A stretch of DNA of 64,000 nt. Source: Peptostreptococcales bacterium. GTDB taxonomy: Bacteria; Bacillota; Clostridia; Peptostreptococcales; Anaerovoracaceae. Shown here one piece after another: positions 50,847 to 58,639 of this stretch. The notes beneath the pieces were generated by a model. The model worked only from the letters and a program-made list of their open reading frames with translations. It was not told the DNA's origin and made no database searches. Location of the stretch: contig JBBRXC010000001.1 of assembly GCA_038248745.1 (NCBI GenBank), positions 264 to 64,263 on the forward strand. The letters are read 5' to 3'. Positions within the stretch are counted from its first letter, which is position 1. Each line of letters begins with the position of its first letter. The position numbers were made by a program, and so were the translations under genes.

Positions 50847-51089
50847 AAAAGACCTCCTACAATCAAACACAAATTATAATTATTGTTTTTACCGTTCCAT
50901 ATTTATGTTTAAAATATACCCCTTAAACAGGTTCATTAATCACAGTAAAAATTTATTTACTAGCATTTATTTTCAAAAACATCTAAGTATGTTTTATCTG
51001 ATAATTTAATAAGTAGGGCAGGGATGAAAATCCTACCCTACAACGATCTTTCATTAGAACGATATCCTTAGAAGTAAGGAATATTTATC

Positions 51090-52238
51090 TCAATACCTGT
51101 ATATTGCGGCGATGCCTGTTGTACTAGGCATTATTTCTTTTGGTAATACAACAACCTTGCCTTTCTTTTTCATGACAAATTCAGCCAGATCATCCAATAC
51201 ATCATCTGTGTCTGGTTTTTCTAGGTCGCCTAGACGAACCGTCCCCGTTTGTAGATCAACTTTACCGGGAATTATTTTTTCTGCTTCGAGGAAAAGGGTT
51301 TCAACCCTGTTTTCTACGGCAGCTAAGGCGACTTTTAACAGGTCATCTGAACCCAAATCATTGGCTTTCGCATTACTATATTTTTCAGCTAAACTCTTAT
51401 TTTTTGCCGAATAAATAGGTTCAACCAATTCCCAAACCTTAACTTTCAGTTCATCCATGGTGAATGCATTATAGGCCCCTTTAATTCCTTCCTTCATCAG
51501 GTAAGGATTATTTGTTATTTTCATAAATTCACTGTGATGCTCTTTTAACGAAACTAAGACAAGTGGCAATTTAGAAGTTTTCGAATGATTCTCCAGAACA
51601 TATTTGTCTACATATCGGAAAAACTTCTCCAAATCTTTTTCCAACTCATTATCCTTTGTCCCATATCCAAAGGGAACAGCACCAGCCCCCGTCCCGGCGA
51701 ATTTGCTATGATTCGTTGAAGGTTCTGTATGCTGATTTCCTAAAACCTCTTCAAGGGTTGTTGGCACACCCTGCATTATTTTTATTTTTTTAATGCCATA
51801 TTTATTCCCTTCATAAAGATTGAATTCCGTACCGCTTAATCCCAGCAACTGATATTTTTCAACGGATTGAAATATCTTAAGAAGAGGCTTGATATGAAGC
51901 GAATCTGCTACGATTGCCAGATTCTCTACAGTTTCATCTAATCTGTATATGATGCATTTATTCAGGTTTGCAAGAACAGCCATTCCTTCCAGCGAATAAT
52001 TCCAAATATTCTTGTCCTCTTCTATCTGCTGAAACATTTCCATAATAGAACTAATATCTTTTTTAGAATACTTTTGTTTTAAGGAAGCTTCAACATCTCT
52101 TATCAAGTTTTTAAAAAGTGTAACATCCTGTTTATTTCCCTTTGAATCCCTATGAGTCGATTGATAAAGAGATACAAATGGTCCTTCTTCTTCAAAAATC
52201 ATCGCATTTGGGAATTCATTTACAATTTCATATTTCAT
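51090..52238 (-). CDS. eRF1/Pelota-like (baeRF-family-like) protein, function unknown
   Basis: 382 aa. The N-terminal VSLYQSTHR and the C-terminal GIAAIYRY resemble, respectively, the characteristic N-terminal motif of bacterial baeRF proteins and the C-terminal motif of the eRF1/Pelota domain. Recognised from memory only. Confidence 0.45.
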   Translation of the reverse strand: MKYEIVNEFPNAMIFEEEGPFVSLYQSTHRDSKGNKQDVTLFKNLIRDVEASLKQKYSKKDISSIMEMFQQIEEDKNIWNYSLEGMAVLANLNKCIIYRLDETVENLAIVADSLHIKPLLKIFQSVEKYQLLGLSGTEFNLYEGNKYGIKKIKIMQGVPTTLEEVLGNQHTEPSTNHSKFAGTGAGAVPFGYGTKDNELEKDLEKFFRYVDKYVLENHSKTSKLPLVLVSLKEHHSEFMKITNNPYLMKEGIKGAYNAFTMDELKVKVWELVEPIYSAKNKSLAEKYSNAKANDLGSDDLLKVALAAVENRVETLFLEAEKIIPGKVDLQTGTVRLGDLEKPDTDDVLDDLAEFVMKKKGKVVVLPKEIMPSTTGIAAIYRY

Positions 52239-52307
52239 ATTATTTCTTTATCCTTTCTATCTTATTTCATATCGGTCCTTACTAAATTTTTCGATGCTAT
52301 TCCATAT

Positions 52308-52412
52308 TTACTTCTTCTCCGCTGGTGTTTTATTTATGTTAGAAGCTTGTGAATTGGTTTTTTCCGCTGTTTTTTTCTGTTTTTTTTGTTTTTTTGGATT
52401 TTTATCTCCCAT
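52308..52412 (-). CDS. Unannotated small ORF encoding a 34-aa lysine-rich peptide
   Basis: Below the track length cutoff. GAGGAGG lies 7 nt upstream of the ATG at 52412. My translation is MGDKNPKKQKKQKKTAEKTNSQASNINKTPAEKK, stop TAA at 52308-52310. The coding DNA contains A7, A8 and A7 runs. Confidence 0.5.
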   Translation of the reverse strand: MGDKNPKKQKKQKKTAEKTNSQASNINKTPAEKK

Positions 52413-52520
52413 AATCTTTCCTCCTCTTTTGAAACAAGGCCACCTTAATTAAAAAGTGGCCTTGTTTGATCCTATACATGATGCTTTTGCCACTCTTCAC
52501 CGATGAGTGATATTATTTCT

Positions 52521-52549
52521 ATTATACCCCGTTTGGGGTGGAAAGTAAA
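52521..52549 (-). promoter_or_regulatory. Sigma-A-type promoter candidate for the small ORF / baeRF-like unit
   Basis: Minus strand: TTTACT (52549-52544), 17-nt spacer, TATAAT (52526-52521). Confidence 0.5.
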
Positions 52550-52555
52550 CGGTCG

Positions 52556-52598
52556 GTTACAAACAAATGGCACCTTTATTTGTTAATAAAGGTGCCAT
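52556..52598 (-). terminator. Intrinsic terminator after the rsgI-like gene
   Basis: ATGGCACCTTTA / TAAAGGTGCCAT 12-bp stem, followed on the minus strand by TTGTTTGT. Confidence 0.6.
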
Positions 52599-52646
52599 CA
52601 GTTCACAGTTTATAATTTATTTTAATACCCCTTCAGTGTTAATTCA

Positions 52647-53711
52647 TTATTCTTCTGTATCTATTTCTTCATTATCTGTTTCAATTGCTTCAGGTGAAGT
52701 ACGGTTCTGTATTGCATTCTGATTTCTTACTTTTTCCATTACTTTCGAATCTGTATCTTCATCCATATCTAAATCTGTATCATCATTGGCCTTGACTTTC
52801 CCCTTATCATTGCCATTGTTGTTTATATTGCCATTACCATTACCGTTATTGCCATTACCGTTATTGCCATTTCCGTTAATGTCTGAATCAACATCTATTC
52901 CTTTTGGTGTCATGCCCTTTTGTTTGAATTTGTTTGCCTTGATCTGGGCCATGATGTCTTTTACAGAACCTTCAAACCAAATAGCGGCATCCGAAGTGAC
53001 GGTAGTACCAGCAAGCTCTGGATCACTAGCATATAACTTTTGAACTAAATTCAATTTTCCAGGTGTTACTTTATATCCTAAATCTTTGCTTAATTGAGCT
53101 GCAGCTTCTACTCTCTTAGCACCTATTGCTGTTACAACGTCTTCTAAATCCAAATCAGTGTCGATTTCTTTGCCTGTTTCTTCTGCAACCATTGTTGCCA
53201 GTTTGTTTTTTATGGCAAGTATTAGTTTTTCTTCATTTTTTGCTGAAGTGGCGTTTACCCCAATGATGATACTGTCTTCATACCATGTACCATTTTTAAG
53301 ATAATTTTTTTCCTTTAATGCTAAAATTGTGTCTTCCAATACCTGATTAATGTTTTTCCCATTCCATTCAATCGTTTGAAGAATGTCAACAGCGTCTAAG
53401 TTACTTTCTTCTGATATTACCTTGTTAAATGAATTAATTGAATAAGTTATTGAAGGATTTACATCCAAACTTACATGTGCCACTGGTGTATTATAAGCAT
53501 AGGCAGTACCGCCTCCCAGCAGAATAACCAGTGATGCTGCGATTCCCCCGGCAATGTTTCGATATTTCTTACTCATCTTTTTCATTGTATTTCTCTCCAT
53601 TTCTATGGTTTGACCAATTTTATAATTTTTGTTTAAAATTTCTTTTACTCTGCCGTCATCAGATAAGGCAACTGCTTTGTTTTTTCTCGTTTCAAGTATA
53701 ACTGCTTTCAT
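52647..53711 (-). CDS. rsgI: Anti-sigma-I factor RsgI-like protein
   Basis: ATG at 53711 lies 9 nt after AAAGGAG. The N-terminus MKAVILETRKNKAVALSDDGRVKEI matches the RsgI_N pattern. Single TM, extracytoplasmic domain, then an NGNGNNGNGNNGNGNGN low-complexity region and an acidic tail. Confidence 0.7.
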   Translation of the reverse strand: MKAVILETRKNKAVALSDDGRVKEILNKNYKIGQTIEMERNTMKKMSKKYRNIAGGIAASLVILLGGGTAYAYNTPVAHVSLDVNPSITYSINSFNKVISEESNLDAVDILQTIEWNGKNINQVLEDTILALKEKNYLKNGTWYEDSIIIGVNATSAKNEEKLILAIKNKLATMVAEETGKEIDTDLDLEDVVTAIGAKRVEAAAQLSKDLGYKVTPGKLNLVQKLYASDPELAGTTVTSDAAIWFEGSVKDIMAQIKANKFKQKGMTPKGIDVDSDINGNGNNGNGNNGNGNGNINNNGNDKGKVKANDDTDLDMDEDTDSKVMEKVRNQNAIQNRTSPEAIETDNEEIDTEE

Positions 53712-53716
53712 CGGTT

Positions 53717-54424
53717 TCATCTCCTTTTCATTGAAATTACATAAGGTGTCAAGCATGGATAATCACCTTTTAGTATTTCTGTGACTGCTATTATATACTT
53801 TCGATGACGTTCCAGTATTTTTCGGGGTACTCCCGTATTTTTCTCAATGTTTTTTAATGGCAGCAGACCGCTGTTTGCCATTTCACAAAAAATAAGATCA
53901 TTATCTGTAATATAAATGACCACTTCTTTGCAGGATTCTTTTGTTTTTTTTGCTTTAGGGGAACAAGCCGCTAGATCAAAAAAAGAAAAGCCATATTTTT
54001 TCAAAGACTCCCCAAGCATTCCGATTTCATCAGCAATTTTTTCTTCAAAATTTTCATTTCCCGATAACTGTTCCGCATCATTCCTATCTTTGTTTATAAT
54101 GATATCTGAAGGATTCATTGGAACGATATGCTCTGTTTGCTTCTCTTTTCGCAGTCCATCAATAAGCCTTCTCCTAATCACCAATTTGGCAAAACTCAGG
54201 AAACTGCCCTTATCAAATGAATAAGACTGCACCGCTTCAACAAATGCTTCCAGCGCCAGCAATTCTTCTTCACTTCCACTATTAATATGCTTTGAAAGAG
54301 TTTTACCGGCACATGCCCTGATATAAGGCATTTCCTGAAGAATAAACTGTTCCAAAATCTTTTCATCCCCTACGGCTGAAATAGCCGTTTCATCAATCAG
54401 TCTTGATCTTTTCTCGTCATCCAT
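53717..54424 (-). CDS. sigI: RNA polymerase sigma factor SigI-like
   Basis: 235 aa. Sigma-70 region 2-like segment followed by the SigI-type C-terminal domain. Immediately upstream of an RsgI_N-type gene. Confidence 0.7.
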   Translation of the reverse strand: MDDEKRSRLIDETAISAVGDEKILEQFILQEMPYIRACAGKTLSKHINSGSEEELLALEAFVEAVQSYSFDKGSFLSFAKLVIRRRLIDGLRKEKQTEHIVPMNPSDIIINKDRNDAEQLSGNENFEEKIADEIGMLGESLKKYGFSFFDLAACSPKAKKTKESCKEVVIYITDNDLIFCEMANSGLLPLKNIEKNTGVPRKILERHRKYIIAVTEILKGDYPCLTPYVISMKRR

Positions 54425-54436
54425 ATACTAGAACCT

Positions 54437-55417
54437 CTATTTCTCTGATACTCTCTTGTTGATTCGATATATCAAAAAAGTGAGCCATTTTGACGGTTTT
54501 CTTTTATGGGTGAAATCCCATTCCTTCCAGGCCTTCCATTCAGTCTCTGGCGCAAATAAACCATTTTCATCTGCTTTACTTTTTATTACTTGAAGCATAT
54601 CGATAAATCTGCTGTCTTTTACTGCTGATTCATATTCAGACAGGATCTCTGCGACATGCAAAATATCATACCAGATAAAAGGCACCTTTAATTTTCGGAA
54701 ATCATCTCCCATAAAGAACATATAGGGATGGCTTTCACGGCTTTTATCCCACAAATCTAATAAGCATTCAACACCAGCCATTGCTTCTTTGTTGTTTTTA
54801 TTTTCATTATAAACGGTTATCAGTTTTAACATGATTAAATTCGCATAGGGACAGGGGTCTTCTTTCCTGCCAGGGCCTCTGAATTTGCCCAGTTCTTTTG
54901 AAACAGCGCATGGCCAGCCATTCTCTCTGCTAAGTTTCTGCACATATTCGAATCCTTTTTTCACTTGCTCATTCTCTTTCATTCCCATTCGGGAAAGTGA
55001 ATAAAGAAGTATAGGCGCATCACATAACGCCCAGGCACCAGTTTTTTCGCTTGTGCCCCCAAAATGAACAGGTATATTGACCGGTAGCTGGAATGGTCCT
55101 TCCATCGATGGATGTGCCATAACCTTTTCAAGAATTTTCGGTATTCCTTCATCTTCTTTTGTTAATCCAATATCAGCTAAAAATTCAAGCTTGTGATAAA
55201 GCTGTCCAGCACTTTTATGGCTGCTGATTACCACGCCTGGCCAGTCTTCCAATTCCTTTATTAATTGCTGCACAAGCGGGTGTCTGATCATTTGTTCTTT
55301 GGCTGACATTACTTGCCTGTCTTGCTCATCCAAGCCATACAAATCTTTTAAAGTCCCATATAAAGTCCACGGTTCCTCTATGTCTTTCAAAAACGCCATA
55401 TTTTCCAAAATCATCAC
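54437..55417 (-). CDS. Hypothetical cytoplasmic protein, possibly alpha/alpha-toroid (prenyltransferase/terpene-cyclase-like) fold
   Basis: 326-aa ORF (GTG at 55417 or ATG at 55414). Helical-repeat character with NGWPC- and WALCDAP-type segments. No confident family call. Confidence 0.3.
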   Translation of the reverse strand: MMILENMAFLKDIEEPWTLYGTLKDLYGLDEQDRQVMSAKEQMIRHPLVQQLIKELEDWPGVVISSHKSAGQLYHKLEFLADIGLTKEDEGIPKILEKVMAHPSMEGPFQLPVNIPVHFGGTSEKTGAWALCDAPILLYSLSRMGMKENEQVKKGFEYVQKLSRENGWPCAVSKELGKFRGPGRKEDPCPYANLIMLKLITVYNENKNNKEAMAGVECLLDLWDKSRESHPYMFFMGDDFRKLKVPFIWYDILHVAEILSEYESAVKDSRFIDMLQVIKSKADENGLFAPETEWKAWKEWDFTHKRKPSKWLTFLIYRINKRVSEK

Positions 55418-55435
55418 ACCCTTTCAACCCTATCA

Positions 55436-55483
55436 TATAAAAATTTCCTCTGCATAGCAATAGAAACCTTGCTTACAGAGGAA
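55436..55483 (-). terminator. Possible terminator after gpx
   Basis: Minus strand: TTCCTCTG ... CAGAGGAA stem with an inner AGCAA/TTGCT extension, followed by ATTTTTAT. Confidence 0.4.
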
Positions 55484-55562
55484 GTGAATTATAATAGGTG
55501 TTCCTGATTGATGGTGCACGCAGGACTGATTTGTGCTGCGTGCAAGCGTTATATGTGGTGTA

Positions 55563-56099
55563 CTAGCCGAGAAGCGCTGCAATATGTTTATCAATATCTT
55601 CAGGTTTAAACGCAGGGGCAAATCTTGAAACAACGTTACCCTCTTGATCCACAAGGAATTTTGTAAAGTTCCACTTAATATCATTGCCCATTACGTTTTG
55701 AGTCAGATTGAGAAGCTTTTCTTTAACGGATAATTCCTTTTCGCTATCAAATCCACTTGGTCCTTCCTGTTTTAAAAAGGTAAACAATGGATCGGCATTT
55801 TTTCCGTTCACTTCAATTTTCGAAAAAGTTTTAAATGTTGTGCCATAAGTAAGCTGGCAAAAACTGACGATTTCTTCATCTGTTCCAGGCGCCTGCCCTA
55901 AAAACTGGTTGCATGGAAAATCTAAAATCTCAAATCCACGGTCCTTATATTTTTTATATAAAATCTCAAGCCCCTCATATTGAGGGGTGAAACCACAACC
56001 GGTTGCAGTATTCACAATAAGCAAAACTTTCCCTTTATAGGCAGAGATAGAAACTTCCTCTTTTTCGATGGTTTTAACCTTAAAATCGTAAATATTCAT
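55563..56099 (-). CDS. gpx: Glutathione peroxidase family protein
   Basis: 178 aa. LIVNTATGCGFTPQY, FPCNQF and WNFTKFLV motifs. Confidence 0.9.
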   Translation of the reverse strand: MNIYDFKVKTIEKEEVSISAYKGKVLLIVNTATGCGFTPQYEGLEILYKKYKDRGFEILDFPCNQFLGQAPGTDEEIVSFCQLTYGTTFKTFSKIEVNGKNADPLFTFLKQEGPSGFDSEKELSVKEKLLNLTQNVMGNDIKWNFTKFLVDQEGNVVSRFAPAFKPEDIDKHIAALLG

Positions 56100-56188
56100 T
56101 ATACATCCTCCATTAAATCACAATATCTAATATAAGTGTATGTATACCCTTTTAACTTCCGTTGTAAGCAAATTTGATCAAATTGGTT

Positions 56189-56554
56189 TTATTCAACATT
56201 TTTCTTTCGCTTGCTACGTCTTTTAGAGATTTTATCTGATAAATACCCTGCAGCGCAGGAACCAGCATAAATTACCAAATAAATGGTAGCAGTTGGATTC
56301 ATATACATATAAATAATACCGATTACACAGGCAAAGGATAAAATTAATTGGAAAATATTGCATTTTCCTAAAGAATATGCCCTTCCTTGAAAGAAAAAAA
56401 TAATAGGATAAGCAATAAACAAAAGCATTACAAAAAAACCTTTTTTATAATCTGTTCCAAATAGGTTGCTAAAAGCCAAAAGTGCCAGTAGCAGTATGGT
56501 AAGTGCTGGCCAAACCAGAACAAAAATATTTTTAAGTTTTCTCATATTTTTCAT
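56189..56554 (-). CDS. Small polytopic membrane protein, function unknown
   Basis: 121 aa with four TM-like segments and a basic tail (KRRSKRKKN). Confidence 0.5.
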   Translation of the reverse strand: MKNMRKLKNIFVLVWPALTILLLALLAFSNLFGTDYKKGFFVMLLFIAYPIIFFFQGRAYSLGKCNIFQLILSFACVIGIIYMYMNPTATIYLVIYAGSCAAGYLSDKISKRRSKRKKNVE

Positions 56555-56572
56555 CTCCTTTTTGCTACTAAT

Positions 56573-57439
56573 TTATTTAACCAGTTCCCCAGGTGGGTTC
56601 CCTGTTCGTAATGGCAATTTTTCTTTTCCAGTCAATATTGCCTCAAAACAAATGGTCGAAACAATCATCCCTGCCGATTCAAGACTCTTTCTCGATAAAG
56701 TATTGTAATACCAGCAGCCTGCGACCGGCTTTAAATTTTCCTTGGTTGCCTGTTTTTTAAGATTTACAAGAATTTTTTTTGCGACACCTTTTTTTCTAAA
56801 CGAAGCGTTTGTATACATGCCAATAGATACAGTCCCTTTGAACAGTTGGCTTCTTTCCATAATACCACCACCCATTATTTCTTCCTGCTCCATTAACACA
56901 AAAATAATCCCTGCATCAATACGGTCCTCCAAACAACTGAACCCTGCCCCCGGTTCATCGAAAAAATCGCCTGACATTTCTTTGATTTTTTCACAATCTC
57001 CCTGCGTCGCAACCCTGAAGATTTCTCCATCTTCCAGTAGATCTTTTTGATCATCACTGCCCAAATCAGTAAATCCACACGCCAATTTTTTCTTTTCATA
57101 ATCCCATTCTGCTATCAATGCAGAAAGAAAGGAATCCTGCGTCAAAACAAATACTGATTTTATCTTTTTTCTCTCAATGATCTCTTCCAGAAGGGAAGGT
57201 GCATAGGGGAAAAATTCTTTTCTCACATAAAAATAGAAAATACTGTTGTCTTTTATAGCTGTATACCCAACCTTTATATGATTTAATATAATCATATATT
57301 TTTCCGTTTCAACAAGTCTTTCCTCCGGCCAGGAATCCATATGATAGAGAAACACCTTTAAGTGCTCTTGGATGAAAACATTCACATCTTCGTTATCGCA
57401 TTTTTCTATTTTAATCAGATTATTAGAATGATTGCCCAT
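56573..57439 (-). CDS. GNAT family N-acetyltransferase (C-terminal GNAT domain)
   Basis: 288 aa. C-terminal FRKKGVAKKILVNLKK acetyl-CoA-binding-type motif. Confidence 0.65.
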   Translation of the reverse strand: MGNHSNNLIKIEKCDNEDVNVFIQEHLKVFLYHMDSWPEERLVETEKYMIILNHIKVGYTAIKDNSIFYFYVRKEFFPYAPSLLEEIIERKKIKSVFVLTQDSFLSALIAEWDYEKKKLACGFTDLGSDDQKDLLEDGEIFRVATQGDCEKIKEMSGDFFDEPGAGFSCLEDRIDAGIIFVLMEQEEIMGGGIMERSQLFKGTVSIGMYTNASFRKKGVAKKILVNLKKQATKENLKPVAGCWYYNTLSRKSLESAGMIVSTICFEAILTGKEKLPLRTGNPPGELVK

Positions 57440-57444
57440 GGTTT

Positions 57445-58638
57445 TTATGCCTCCTTTTTAATCCATTCAATACAGGGGTCTCTATTCTCCAGGTAATCTA
57501 TGATGCTTACACTGAAATTTATTTCCGGATAAAATGAATCCTGTACATTTCCTTCTATTAAATAATAATACTCGGTAGAATAACGTACTGAAAGCCCTGA
57601 TTCCCTAAGTTTGAAATAATTCACTTCCCCGTAGCAATTAGGTTTACCCCCTGTTGCTTCTCCTATAAATATTGCTTTTGTTTTGAATTTGAGCAAATAT
57701 ACATTCAAGAGTGCTGAAGAGAACGTATCTCTACCAACAACAACAAATATTTTAAAAGCTTGATTTGAATTTTCATTTCTCTCTCTTTGAAACTCAGATA
57801 GCCATTCAATAAAAGGTCTGAACAGTTCTGAATCCCCCCCATTATTGTTGCGATAGTCCAAAACAATATTTTTGATTTTTAAATCCTTTTCAAGATTTTC
57901 CTCTAAATTCCCGATGAAATTTTCTACTGAAAGGGTTTCCATCTCTTTGCATTTTTTGTAATTCACATAAAGAATGGATTCTTTCTCGATTTGTTCTTCC
58001 CAGTAATATAAATCTAGGTTTTTTCGAAAAAGCGGCAGCTTCTCAGCCTGATCGCCACTGGTTTCTTGCCTTTTATTTTCTTTATGTGCCTCCATTTTCC
58101 AGTCCTTATATTTCATGGATGGCATTACCAGACTACTTTGTTTACCATCCAGACTTTCAATCCTAAGTTGAACTTTTTCCACACTGCTGGCAATCCCTAA
58201 ACCATATAAAATATCAGTACAAACCAGCAGTTCAGGGAGCTGTGATTTGACAAACTGCATATTCTCATGAGAAATCATCTCAGTGAATTTTTCTATCACC
58301 TCTGTCATTGGCACTCCGTCGATTTCAATGATTTTATGATGCAATGCTGTCTCAAATTCTGGCATCGTACCAATTATATAAATACCTTCCTCAAACCAGA
58401 AAATTTCTATTGGCAGCATATTATTTTTTGGCAGTTCTAGCGCTGTATGGGCATCTCCAGCCAAAGCAATTAATTTAGAAATTTCAACAACAATAGTATA
58501 CACATTCATATTCTTTTTATTCTGTATTAATTTTTCAACCTTATCATAAAATTCTTCTTTTGAAATGTCATGGAAAAAATTATTGTGAAGCTTTGGAAGA
58601 TCTTCTGCCAGCTGGTTTATATCTGACTGCCAATTCAT
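57445..58638 (-). CDS. Peptidase S41-like protein without a signal peptide
   Basis: ATG at 58638 lies 1 nt after the upstream stop; the track start at 58752 is unlikely. LDYRNNNGGD and GRDTFSSALL resemble the S41 oxyanion and catalytic-Ser regions. Confidence 0.55.
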   Translation of the reverse strand: MNWQSDINQLAEDLPKLHNNFFHDISKEEFYDKVEKLIQNKKNMNVYTIVVEISKLIALAGDAHTALELPKNNMLPIEIFWFEEGIYIIGTMPEFETALHHKIIEIDGVPMTEVIEKFTEMISHENMQFVKSQLPELLVCTDILYGLGIASSVEKVQLRIESLDGKQSSLVMPSMKYKDWKMEAHKENKRQETSGDQAEKLPLFRKNLDLYYWEEQIEKESILYVNYKKCKEMETLSVENFIGNLEENLEKDLKIKNIVLDYRNNNGGDSELFRPFIEWLSEFQRERNENSNQAFKIFVVVGRDTFSSALLNVYLLKFKTKAIFIGEATGGKPNCYGEVNYFKLRESGLSVRYSTEYYYLIEGNVQDSFYPEINFSVSIIDYLENRDPCIEWIKKEA

Positions 58639-58639
58639 A

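Noticed and set aside
51012-51042. Hairpin GTAGGGCAGGGAT...ATCCTACCCTAC downstream of the baeRF-like gene as a REP element (GTAG start)
   Set aside because: It is a single copy in the window and unrelated in sequence to the 31-nt family. It is most simply a weak terminator for the 51090..52238 gene.
52809-52880. Short tandem DNA repeats (CCATTACCGTTATTG-like)
   Set aside because: They lie in frame within the RsgI-like gene and encode the (NGN)n low-complexity tract. They are not an independent repeat element. The same applies to the PTPE-coding repeats at 36458-36495 and the NSENAENSEN-coding repeat at about 30975-31005.
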